From Dicyema japonicum (taxonomy: Eukaryota; Animalia; Dicyemida): a stretch of 64,000 bases of DNA. Numbering within the stretch: position 1 is the stretch's first letter; each line of letters starts with the position of its first letter. Under the pieces are notes generated by a model. It was given only the letters and a program-made list of their open reading frames with translations. It was not told the origin of the DNA and did no database searches. The DNA lies in assembly GCA_011109175.1 (NCBI GenBank), contig RDEW01000003.1, positions 1,099,071-1,163,070 on the forward strand, given 5' to 3'. Of the stretch, positions 25,475 through 38,200 are shown one piece after another. Made by a program: the position numbers and the translations under genes.

Positions 25475-25900
25475 TATTATTAAACGCACGTTCACAGAAC
25501 CAAAGAATGTCATATAATCTATGGTGCCAGTTTGTGGCACACGATTTAAGATTTTTCACCAGGCGTCTCCAGCGGCCTCTGTCCATGAAAAGCGACCGTA
25601 GGTCTTCTAGGTCCTATGTACATTCGAGTTTCTTTTCGATCATCTTAAGATCCTTGTTGAGGATTGTGTTCGCTTTTAATTGCTACCATATTTTGAACAG
25701 ACCAGTTATCCACGTGGCTAATTGGACGAAGATTAAGGTGGTGACGTACTTCTATTGCACAGAGTGTCTACTTTGCTTCATGATGAGTGAAAGTCGGTAT
25801 CTTCCTTTTTCCCGGAAGCATGGATGAGATGACGGACTTGTGAGACATTAGAAACTCGAAAAAAACTTCGGGCCCATGTAGGATACGGGTTCTAATCTTG
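25475..25900 (-). mobile_element. RTE LINE 3' remnant
   Basis: TILNKDLKMIEKKL...DLEDLRSLFMDRGRWRRLV followed by an (AAT)n tail. Confidence 0.75.
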
Positions 25901-27308
25901 TCCACTCTGATTCATGCATGTTGATAATTATATTTTAGAAAATTTCCCTGTAAGGAGACTCAATTCTGGTGCGATAACCCACGTGCAAAAACGAGAGTAC
26001 TTTCCAGTAAAAATTTAAAATCATGAAACCCCACGTCTAGCCACTGTTCTTCGAAATGGGATAACCTACCTATTAAGGATTGGAAGAAGGAACAAATCTA
26101 GACATGTTCACATCTGGAGTTTTTTGAGATTGGGAAAGTTAGAAAATTAATCTTCCTACGGCTCAAGGGGCGCTTGAATGTCAACCGTTTTGGCAGGTAA
26201 TGGGAAGAATGAGGGGGTGACGAACTCTATTGTAATAAATGTTGACTCTGCTCATGGTGGATGGAAGCCAATGTCCTCTTTCTTCTCACGACCGTGAATA
26301 AGGTGATGGACTAAGGAGAAATCAGAAACCCAAAGTTCTGAACAAAAAAAGAGTCGGATACAAGAAGAATCCAGGTTTGAATCTGGTCCAGCCCAAAATT
26401 GAAAGAACCCGGGAAATCATCTGTCAGAAGCTGCACGTGTAGATTCATATAAAATAATTCTATGTATGGATCAAATCTGGCACTCAAAACTGATTGAGTT
26501 ACTCCCATGATCGAAAGGCCTATAAAGAAGTTCGCTCTTTAGCGTTCCTGCAACCAAATTAGTCCATCACCTCAATAAAAAAAAAGAAAACAAGCACTGT
26601 CTTAAGTTAAGAGGCCAGGATTGCAAATGCGTTCCTCTGATCACAGCCATTTGAGTCTCTGCCTCAACCAGAGTCCTTCGTGGTGATCGCATCTAAACAT
26701 AATATTCCAACAATTAAATTTAAATCCAATAAAATAATCGATATTTCAGACAATTTTAAATATTGTTATTAAGCACGTTCGAGAATTAATAGCATACTAA
26801 TTTGCTTGTTCCTCCTCAGACAGACTTGTCCACATTTTACTTCACTCCCCTAAATTTCATGGCAGATTCGAACCCAGAGGACAGTGTATCCAAGGCTTCC
26901 CAGTTCCTTAACTTTACATATCTACGGTCTCAGGAGTATATCATTTTGTCCATCCATAAGAGAAGTGGAACTCAAGGTCACATCCACCTTGAAGAGACTA
27001 AGACATTCATGTAACAGAGGTATGTCACATTTTCAACCACCTGACCAACTAACCACTTAGCCGCATATAAATACTTAAAATTAAGGAGTCACTCCGTTTA
27101 AAGAGGCCCAGAAGGTTTCCCCGATTCTCATAATTCAAACCAACGCACGCGGCTAAATGCACAAAAATTCGCAGAAACTCCACTAAAGGAAATTCCTAGA
27201 ACGCAAAAATGGGAGAATCAGGCAATTTCTGGTTTTGTTACTAAAAAATCAAAATACAAATCATAACAAAATTATTTGAGAACAAATTGCATAATAAAAA
27301 CGTAACAA

Positions 27309-27836
27309 TCACGTTTTAAGTATTTTAATAGCAGCGGGAAGTCTGCCTGAGAACATGGAACACACGAAGCAGATTCCGTGAAGACATAACGAACAGACCT
27401 TAGCCAGATAACCAAACCCACGTGGCTTGCAAAACATCGGAAGAGAATTCTAAGACATAAATTTTGAATTTAACCGTATTTTGTAACAAATCTCCATAAT
27501 TTCGCTCAACGTAGTAAATAAACGTTCGCCTTGTTGCAAGCGCCATTGCGGCCACGTGCTTAGAAAGCCAAAAATAAAATGCCAAGATCATGATAAGCTT
27601 TCCATAGGAAGAACACCCAAGAGAATTCAAATGTACGAACACTGGTTGAGGTAAAAATCGTAAAACTCATCATTTTGTTCACTCAATTTTAAATGTACCA
27701 AATTAAAATGCTCATCGTGTTTCACCGAAAGTCCTTCTAAGGTCATTATAAGAGGCTGGTATAAATTTTTATATTCATGAATTTTTTTATCCTTTGCATA
27801 ATCTTCCATCAGTTCAAACAAAGTGCTGATCTCCAT
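27309..27836 (-). CDS. Divergent Bcl-2-family protein (Mcl-1/Bfl-1-like); needs one 1-bp correction near 27630 and one 25-nt intron
   Basis: LFELMEDY (BH4-like), LEGLSVKHDEHFNLVHLKL (BH3/alpha3-like), SYGKLIMILAFYFWLSKH versus Mcl-1 NWGRIVTLISFGAFVAKH (BH1), and a hydrophobic C-terminus. Confidence 0.5.
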
Positions 27837-28039
27837 GTTTACTATGACTATAATAAAAAAACGAAAGTACCCACAATGATGTAAATATACCATGAGTGCC
27901 AATGGTTAATATTTATAACTATTAGGTTAACCATATTTAATATTACATATTTATAAAAAATAAAGTATTTAATTATTTAAATTTTTATTACTCACGTCGA
28001 CCACAAAAAATAGCAAACATGTTCTTTGAGGGAATAAAC

Positions 28040-28700
28040 CTTTCAGTAGCAAAATCACTTCAGGCGATGTGAGGACCGCAATAGTAACATTTAAGAACAC
28101 CCGTGTTGCGGGACCCGGTGCCATCTGTCCAGAACTGTCGAAATATGGCACAGATGGTCTCTACTATAATCGCAAGCATGCTAATGTTCACTACGAATTC
28201 CTCATTATCTCTCTGCTAAGGATTCTTAATTCCTATTTAAAAACCTAACACGAGCCGCTTTAAAATTTACTCCTAGTCATCTTACTGTCTACGTTACGGA
28301 AAACTTTAGCATTGACTGTTTTGAAACGAATGGAAGAACCTGTGAATCAGTACTTCTCTTCAGGCTAATACTGAAGTTGAAGATCAACAGCAAACTGTAC
28401 TATTAGCTGAACTGGTCGACAGTACGGGTATGGAATGAGATCGCACGGAAATTCGAAACTAATGTTGGACACCTCAAGGCGACTCACTTTACCATTGTCT
28501 TTCAAAGTCTACGTAGAGGTGGAACTCCGTTACCTTAGAAAAATATATAACGGAAACAATTTTCGAAATAGGGTATGCGAACAATGTTGACGTTACATCT
28601 GAAACAAAACAGCCTTGAGACACTTTTTGATGAAGTCCCATAGGCATTAAAAGTGGTTTCTATTTGTAAACCAGGAAAATGGAAACCGTAACAATCGTAA
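28040..28700 (+). mobile_element. Degenerate RTE reverse transcriptase fragment
   Basis: ITSGDVRTAIVTFKNTRVAGPGAICPELSKYG and LLSTLRKTLALTVLKRMEEPVNQY. Confidence 0.7.
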
Positions 28701-29254
28701 AAACTAGGTTCACTATGTGGGATATCAAACCGAGGGGTAAATATACTAGAATTCTTCTATTAAAAACACTAAGAATAATTCATCAAATAATGGCCTAACA
28801 AATTAAAGAACAATGTGAAATCCATCGAGACGCTTCTAGATATAAACTTGAGGGAATCATATTAATTCTGGACAGGGTAACCTCTGGCAACAGTGCTATG
28901 AAAGACTACTCAATGTGGATGGAGAAACCATCCAATATTCACACAGTCCTTCTGAACTACTGGAAAAAAGAAACATCCTGTCTTTACAGTGTAGAACCGA
29001 TTCAGTTTAGTAGGTCTTTTTTCGTTCAGTCAATCACTACGAGTCACCTTAGATGATGTCAATTTAGTACTAGAGAAGAGAAGGAACGGAAGAAAGGAAG
29101 AGAAATCCTAAGCCAAATAACCAGTAAGAATAATCGTTAACGACATTACATCCAAACCACTGATCATAAATTTCCAGTAATATCACTGTTTATGTTTTAA
29201 AATAAAGCTTGTGAAATTCGATCAATAAAGATAGTTAAAATATTTATGGCCACT

Positions 29255-29943
29255 TTAATTACTATTCCAAGTGGACAGATGCATGCTCTTGAACAACATA
29301 ACAAAGAGAATGTGCTTGACACAATTACTATTTTGCAAACGCAACAAAAAGAAAGTTATCTCCTCGTCGCTTCTGCAACACTTCCATGTTAGAACCTCCA
29401 CATTCTCCTTAAGAAGGCCGAGGACATCTGGGTCGTCGGCATCTTCGAGTTCCCAAGATTTTTGTAATTTCAACAGGGAGAGAGTAGCGATGACGTCTGT
29501 GGTATCCACAACTGCTCTGGAAATAAGCTTCTCTAGCATTGTTTGTTGAACTTGGTTTTTGACATAATTAGGTCACCAATAAGTGAAGTAAATAATTTAT
29601 TACCACCACTACATTCATCATCTCCCACTTGCCCAGAGAGCAGGAAAACCAATCGGAGTCACGTATAGATGAAGGGCAATTGAAGACACAAATGGTCTGA
29701 GACTCCCAAGTATAGTCAAACAGTTATGTAACCTATTCTCGCAATTAGCAGCTCCATATTACATCCGCGGTCCTCCATTGTACCAACTGCTACCCGGAAG
29801 CTCCCCCCTTCGTGTTGCACAGGATATCAATTGAAAAAGAGAACTTCTGGGTCGACCCACTTTCCTTCGCCTGGATAGAGGATAGGGATAGGAAAAGAGA
29901 GTTCTACCTTCGTCACAAAAGTGAGGAAAAGATATCCAATCAT
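29255..29943 (-). CDS. Possible spliced gene of unknown function
   Basis: 94-codon ORF at 29255-29539, upstream GT..AG segments, and an AT island at about 29960-30030 like those before other genes. No family recognised. Confidence 0.25.
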
Positions 29944-31361
29944 GTCAGAACCATGAGAATTTAAATTGATTTAATAACTAAAAATTAGTAAAATCAATCT
30001 TAATCAATAATTAAATAATTAACCTTAATTGCTGCTCAATAGCCGCCATCATCCAGTCCGACTTCCCAGAGGTCGTTGAAAAGGTTGACAAAGGAATAGT
30101 AGTGGTTCTTTTAGTTGCCAGTTTGATACTGGTATCTAATTTTCTCCACGTGAAGGTGAACCAACATATGATATACTCTGCTCCTTTTGCAACTTCCACG
30201 TGCTAACAACAAATCACCTATTTCAATGTCATGAGTTAACACAAAGTTTCTCCACAATGCCGGAACTGACCGATCTATGGGAGCGACCAACATCTGCTGG
30301 GTACTACTTAATAGCTGCTGGCATCCTACAAGTTAGTGAGGCTTGGGTAACTTAACTAACTAATTGCTGCTCGCTCTATAACCAAGGACACTTCATCTTT
30401 TGTCCACCTTCACCACCTTCAATTTTTTTCTCCACAACAGATACATTTGACAGATTTATACATTGACAGTATCTTCTAGTTGGTTGTGCAGCACCATGGA
30501 AAATTTTTTCTGCAAGATGCTTCCACGCCTCCTCGACGATTGGTTTCCATTCGACAGTAATTATCTTTATTAAAAAAATTTCCAATATGTCTTTAAAACC
30601 TAATAGTAGAAATTATCGTCAACACCTACGTATGAATTAGCACGGTAAGATCTCTAGCTAATAATCGGGGAGTGTGGAAGAGATTGACACCTTTTCCTAT
30701 ACATGTGGGGTTTGTGCTTTCAATCGGAAATCGAAGAATTGAGGTGGTGATTAGTTAGTCAGTTAAAAGTACTCTCGCGTTACCCATAAGCATATGAATA
30801 CATGGGGTTCCGGTTTTGCCGTGGTCTTTCTATCGATTCTACCAGTTTTCTCAATTCAACTTTCCTCCTTCACGCTTCCTGTTCATAGACAAGAATGACA
30901 AACTCAAAAGACATCGAAGACATTCTGAAAACGAAGGAAGCATCGATGTACCGACATTCGGTTTGAATTCGATACATTTTAATTTGAAGGCGTAGTAGAG
31001 CCACCCGTATTGATATCTTCTGCTTTGAAAAGTCATCGGTCCTAATCCGAGTCTACAACTCAGTACTTATACTCGGACGATAACGAAAATTCCTGAGGGG
31101 GGACAACTCTCCAAATAGCCCTCTCAACGAAATCATTCTTAGATAAAAAACCAAAAAATATCAACAGGCACTACCCCCAATGAGAAGTACAAAATGTCCC
31201 TCCTCGCTGATATGACCTCTTCTCAATCTGAGGTCACTTAGTCAGCCAAAGACATTCCTTTTCTCTATAACCCAGTGATCCTTGAAAATTAATTCCTTGC
31301 AAAAAACAATAAATCTTTAAGAAAATCCTTAAATTAGTAAAACCGAAAAGTAATAAATAAA

Positions 31362-34300
31362 TTAAGCATATTCAGAAAATATCGATTCGAACGCTTTAAG
31401 AGCAATATCACGTAAACCAGGATTAGGGCAAATCACAGCCAACTAAAACTGATTAAGCCAAACTAACCAAAGCATTCAGTTCCACAAATGAAACAATCAA
31501 ACTTGACAAAACGAGGGCGCCGTTATCGAATTTCATAGAAAAATTCATCACAGTACGTCCCTTCTCATCAGTGGACTTAAACATCATAAAAATATTCAAT
31601 TTCTTCAGTTCTTCAATCAAATTTCCTACAAATCACGGTTTACATCAAACTTTCATCACTGAAGGAACCTTTCCAAGTGTAGTCGTAGTTATTATGTTAA
31701 ATTGATAGGGATTCCACCAATTTTGCTGAAACGTATTCAACTGGTCATTCGAATTGAATAAGACCGCATAGTGGACATGTGTTTGCAGAGTTCCTTGGGT
31801 TAGAGTCACGATCAGCTAAACTATAACTAACAAGAATCACATTCGGGTAAATTAGCGAGAGAGAAGAGATCATTAAATCTCGCTGGAACTCAATGACTAA
31901 AGAAAATGAAATATGGTTCTGAGATTCAAAGTGAACGCTTGGCTGGTATGGCGAAAACAGTCCGAAACTACGAAAGAAGGCAATAGAACGGTCTCTTTAC
32001 CTATTTTGGCTGATGGCGGTGTTGAGTAAAGTCAAATTCTGACTCCCTTGACTTATAATGTCCACAAAGACCGTAATCGATGTCTTACGATCCCAAGAGA
32101 CCGCCATTTGAAGACTGTCTGAACTTACATGGGATACCCAAGTCTATAATATGAAAGAGGCAATTACCGAGTTAGTTTTCAGAGTTAAAGTCTGAGGTTG
32201 AAATGACATTGGGTCATTCCAATAATAAGCAGGAGGTTCGTCGGATATGAAAAAGTCAAAGTCCAGAGCACTTCCAGACTGAGAAGGCAAGGATTGCTGG
32301 ATATTTTGAGGCTGACTAAACAAAGTCTGCTGGACAGGCGGTTGTTGAATGTTGGAGATATTCAGAGGAGCAGTTTGTTGAGGAAACATTTGCTGTTGCA
32401 TAGCTGATTGCTGTGAAGACATTGATTCCTGATAAACAGGATGCTGAAAGTATGACGACTGCTCGTTGACTGGTTGCTGAAACATTGGCTCCTCAAGCAC
32501 GAGTTGTTGAGGGTGCTGTTGTTGAGAGTGCTGTTGGGACTGGTTGTTGCGTCTGCATAGGCGAATTGAAGTTCAAGTCCATGAGTAAATCGAGAGTAGA
32601 CATCTCAGATTGCACATTTTGAGTCTGATTTTGAGCTGACGATTCTTGAAACTGAGAAATAAGCAAATCTAAACCACTGAACTTTCCATTTCGGTTGTTT
32701 GACCCCCCAAAAGTTCGTCACCAAAATCCATTAGATCGCCCATGTTATTTTTCACCTTTATGGAGGCATAAACCTTGCGAAGCTTAATAGAATCAGCAGT
32801 CGTCTCCCTTAAACTCAAAACAGTAACAATACTGTTTAGAAACAGTCGTTGTGTTATTCCCCTCCCCAAGCGAGAAGCACGGGAGTTTATGAGTCACAGA
32901 AGCTACACTCCCGATATGTTTTATCATTTCTTTGAGTAGAGCAGAATCGAGTGAGTCAATATTCTCATTTATGATGGGCTTTTGACCCAAAATGATATTA
33001 TTGGCTTCTTCTGGGTGGATAGAGATGAGACGCCAGTAAATATATCCCCGGTCTCTCAGATCGGGGTTATCGCTTACCTTTACAGTGATAAAAATGGAAG
33101 ACTTTAGTGCATAAGTCTAAGATTTTTTCCAAAGGATCCTTTCCAATATTGGGTTTCTTTAGGTATAGTTTAACCACCGCAGTTAAAAGTTGTAATTGCA
33201 CCTAAAATAAGGGTATTTGCCATTCTCGTTACCTGTGGGTCCTCGTCAAAGAAATTATCGAAGAAGGAAGTCAGTAATTCTTCAGCGTTGTTAATTCTGT
33301 CTGCATACTCCCCCACAATCCAGATTAAGGCTGCTTTTGCTTCAGACTCATCGAAGGACTCGAGATTCTCACATAAGGTACCGATAATACTCTCATATTT
33401 GTTGGGATACTTTCTAAAAATATCCTGTTAAATCAAAAATCCTAAAACCAACCCTAATGACCACTATGGCCTCCTGAAGTATGTAATCCACTTTAGTCTT
33501 CACTAATTCATACAAAGTCAGCACACTCTGCTCAGCCAGTTCGGGAACCTTTATAGCGCAGCGTCCAATCGCCCGTACTGACCTCCGAACAAAGTCAATG
33601 TCCACTCCTGAGGCATATCTAGGATAATCTTGATGACATAACTCTTTTAGTTCAGGGAGAACAACATTTATGTTCTCAGCGGTAGTCAGCATTATGATGA
33701 TGTCAAGCTTTTCAAGCTTCACGTAAGTTGCGTCGTTGTATTTCGCAAAGAAACACGTGACATGATTGCTCAAAACTTTGGGCCTTGAATGACGAATTTA
33801 GCTACCTTTTTTGTAGAATCAAGATAATATTTCTCAGAACCACATATTGGATCTCTGGAGGTCCGGACAACAAGGTTACAAGGGGGTTACAGAGCTTCTT
33901 GTCGCAGTTTTCGAGGAACACCTCGTCTTTAATAAAAGACATCATCCGTATAATGACCTTAATAGTGGACATTACGACTCCGGAATTCGAATGAGATAGT
34001 CGTTGAGTGACCCGTTCGCAGATTCTTAAAAATAAGGTTAAAATGTTACGTTTGGGCTTCTTTTTCATTGAAAGGCTCATAGGCGGCCACATAGTCGAGA
34101 ATACTGACTTGTCCCCATTCGCCACATTCGTTCAAAGCAGTCATGAGGAGGTTCAATTCGCTGGAAGAAATATCAGCTAATTTATAAAAACTCTAAAAAC
34201 CCCGTTTTCCAAGGGAAATACCTTGCATTTCTGCAAGAGTGGCCACTGTGTTTGAAACGACCTAGAAATGAACTGGAAGGAAAACCATAGAGTTGATATC

Positions 34301-34947
34301 GCTGAGATATTGCTTGATGTTTGCGAATCCCTGATCGTGGACCAACTTCGGGTCGATTTTGTACATTTTCCCTATACACAGAACAGCAGTTTTTCTCACA
34401 TACGGGTCAGAGTCTCTTAGACAGTTCCTCAGGGGTTCACAAAGGTATTCAGTGATAATACCCATGTTCATGCAGGCCATCGTTCGAATTGCGAGGGCTC
34501 GCACTAAGGGCATTGGGTCCTTTGCGTCCTAGGAAGTTAAAAGACATTTGATTACTTTAGTGAAATTGTTAACCGACATAATTGCCATGTCCGAATTATT
34601 TTCAGAATAATTCAGCAAATACGAATAAACGAGTTTTTTGGTTTCTAGGTCATTCGATTGGCTACAGTTTAAAACCTCGACGAAAAGTTTACTAAGTTTT
34701 AATTCAAATTTTATGAGATTTAATAAAATTAGGTTAACCAACGCCGAATTAAATAATGTAAAATATGTGTAGTTACCTAACATCTTTCCCTGCAGTCATA
34801 GAAGAAATAACGTTACGTAGGGCATCCTTTCTTCGACTAGGCCTGTCACTATTCAAATCACTCTTAAGTTGATTCAATTCATTCACTTTGAAAATGAAAA
34901 AAATAAATTATACAGCTTTGATTTAAAGATGCTCGGTTAGACGACAT
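31362..34947 (-). CDS. AP1B1/AP2B1: AP-1/AP-2 complex beta subunit (beta-adaptin), full length with Q-rich hinge and appendage
   Basis: [88 protein letters not shown]-terminus ...FESIFSEYA*. Confidence 0.95.
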
Positions 34948-35291
34948 GAAAAACAATAATTAAAAATAGATTAAATAAATTTAAAAAAATAAACGCTAAA
35001 TAATTAATAAATAATTAATATAAAATATATTCAATTAATTCCAACTAAAAAATTATGTATTTATTAATTTATTTATTAAATGCAATTAAATTATTTTATG
35101 AAATGAATATTTTTTATTATATCATAAAAAATAAATTTATTTAAATTTGTTATATATTAAAAATAATTAAATGGTTAACCAAATTTAAAAATTCAAATAA
35201 ATAATTCAAATAATAACATTTATCTTCTGACCTTTGCGTTGTTTCGCACTGTTTTTCCCATATCATAAAAATTTAAAAGACTATTTTTTCA
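34948..35291. promoter_or_regulatory. Putative bidirectional promoter (very AT-rich) between beta-adaptin and INTS1
   Basis: Head-to-head ATGs 344 bp apart, with an almost pure A/T core at about 34955-35220. Confidence 0.6.
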
Positions 35292-38200
35292 ATGGGAGAC
35301 CGAAAAAATCAACCAGTTAAGCGAATTACAAAGCAAGCATTGAAGAAAAACACCGAATTTATTGCACTTGGTTAAATAATGTTTTTTATTATCTTAGGGA
35401 CCAAAGCAAATTCTAGAAGTTCAGAAAAGACATTCAATTATGAATTCTTAAGAAAAAACGAAATTCCTAAAAAATTCAAGCTGGATTCAAGTCCGGTGAA
35501 AAATCGTAGCTTTTTTCATTACAAAAATAGTTACCCCTTTGGAAGTTATGAATGAAATCGACCTGAATATATTCAGTGGCTCAAAAGACTTTGTAATATC
35601 ATGTATTAAGAACCTGTTAATACAAAATGACCTGAACTACCTCCTACCAGTTATTTACTCCGCCAAACTCAATCCTAGTATTTTCGCCGACAAAGAAGTC
35701 CTACCTGTATTTCAATAAATTTATTTCAGTTAATGAGAGATCTTATAAAGGCCGATGTACCCGACTCTGAGCTGATAACAGTCGCCGTCATAAATATTCT
35801 TCTCTGGAGTTTTAATGACCTTAAAGAGTGGCCCGTCTTTATTATGGAGGTTTATAGCTTTGTCTGCTTGCTTTCTTTTCAAAACAATTCGTGTTTTTAT
35901 CTTCCTCTTTGCTGACTAAATTTGTGTTATTTTATTTAAATTTAATTTATTATTTATATTATTTTAATTATTAATTATTATTATTGTATTAATTCACAGC
36001 TTTTCCTTGACGACTTTCTTTCTGATGATCGTTGGTGCGACCATAACCAATGCCAAGCCATGGCTGCCAACTTGCTGGCTACTTTCATGCCAATCCACCA
36101 TTTCTTCCAACCTTCCATTACTAATGACGGTATTAATCAGTATCAACCCATAGTGGTCAATTCGTGCCCATTCATGGACTACTTTCACTTCAAGTTGAAC
36201 TTCTTGACTCCTTTCAATCGATTTTCTTCCATTTCTGCTCAAATTGGGGACCTTGTAGCAGCCACTCTGACAAAGAATGCACGAGATTCTTCCCCGAATC
36301 TTCTCAAATTAGCTGGTCTTACCGCGATGTTTGACTCTGTTAAGCTCTTCGTTTCATATCGGCTTGAACAATGGATTCAGAACCCAAAGGTACCCATATG
36401 AATCACTTCCCAGCTGTCAGCCCTTGCTTTTGAAGTCTTCAATGCTTGCTGTTTTACTAAATGGCAGAACAAGGCTTCTGGTGACTTACATGACTTTCTG
36501 AGGAACATCATTAAGAGTCGACCAAAAATAAAGCAACAAGTCTTTTTGATTGAAAATTCATTCAAGTTTAATTTTGGCGGGAATTTTTATTAGAAATTTT
36601 CTTCTTGTGAATATTGACTCTTTCGATTTTATCACCGATTTTATTATCGAAGCTGAAATATTTTCCTTTAGAACTCTTTCTGTTCATCTTCTCAACAGTT
36701 GTCTCCTACTTTGTTCAGACCAAGCTTTTTCTGTAAGCGCTTATTCGATAAACTCTAGTGTCTCGTTTCCGCCATATTTTCACTCTTTTCAAGCAACTCT
36801 CGCAGTTTCGTGGTGAATTTCGTTCGTGACTTGCTGAGATTGGAACCCTTTTGTTCTTCTTTCTCAGTCTTCCACTCAAAACTGCTCCTCAATTTTCGGA
36901 CTTTGACGTTGTAGCCTCTTTGGCTAACAATTTTAAAGTTTCTTCCATTCGACTTATTTGCTAGGAAAAGTTCTTTAATTCGGTCGTCGATATCACCTGT
37001 ATTGCCCTAATTGTCTTCACAGTGACTAATATTCCTGGTTTCTTGTATTTGATTATGCCAGATTATCCCCCAGTCGTGTCCTCGATTCAGGAAAGTGCCC
37101 TCGAGTGGCTCAAATCTGTTGTATTTTCTTTATGTTCGAGTTCAATGTCATCCGCGTTTATAATTTGGTTTAATTTACTGTTATTGTTTCAGGCTTAAGC
37201 GGTTGATGTGTTATGAAGAGATTTCAGAGCTTATTCCACGTGACCTTGTCTCGGAGACATTGACTTTAGAGTAGAGTGTCATATCATTGTTTAGAGACAT
37301 TGTTAGGCGGGTAAAAATGTCAATTCTTTCTGAAAAGTCTGTGGAATGTTTGTTTTCTATTGCCTCCATGTCGTCAAAGCATAGTCACTGAAATGCTCAT
37401 TGACTACTTCCTGACCACTGCCATTGAAAGGTATCGTATTCAATCACTTCTAGACTACAAAGTCGAGGATCTTCAGAAAACGCTTCCACTGTGATCCATA
37501 CTGACAATGTTTATGGGTTTACTGTCGGTTGTGAATGCTTTAGTGGTAAAATCGATGGCTTAGTATCCTATGACGTCATGAAACTCATTTCTACCCTCCT
37601 TGGGGATAACGTCAACCCTCCCGGGTGCTGGAATATTTGGCTATTGGGTTTCATCCTCTCTCTATTCTACTGTGAACAGCCTCTCCTGATTGTCGACAGT
37701 TTTCCCGCTCTTTCCTTTCTTGTGGAACTCGTGATATTGGGGTTTTCCATCATAGCTAATCGGTAGACCAGATCTAACCGAAAATATATCTGTGGAGGAA
37801 ACCACCACTTCCGACCTTGAGGACAAATGTGACACCCACGTGGCCCACCTTTCCGAATTGTAGTTCATCATGTGTCACTTAACTAGATCAAAGCAAAATC
37901 CGCCACAGACTTTCATAGAAAAACTGTCCTTACTAAACAAAACGCATCATCTCGATTATTATGTAATAAAATTGGATAATTATTCATTTTTTGTCAATTT
38001 TCTCCGCAAAAATAAGGTTTGCCTGTTTTGATGATTAGAATTTGGAAATGGCTTACAAAAGTATTGAAAAAGTAGGCAAAATCAACCCGGAACTTTATGA
38101 TGTTCTGGACACCTCCTTACTCATCAATCACCTCTGCTTTAAAGTGAAGAACTCCGTTTGTCGTTTATCTCACATTTAGAAATTTGACCGCTGTGGATTG

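Noticed and set aside
32144-32580. Q-rich ORF as a separate gene
   Set aside because: It lies between the trunk and appendage exons of beta-adaptin and is its hinge.
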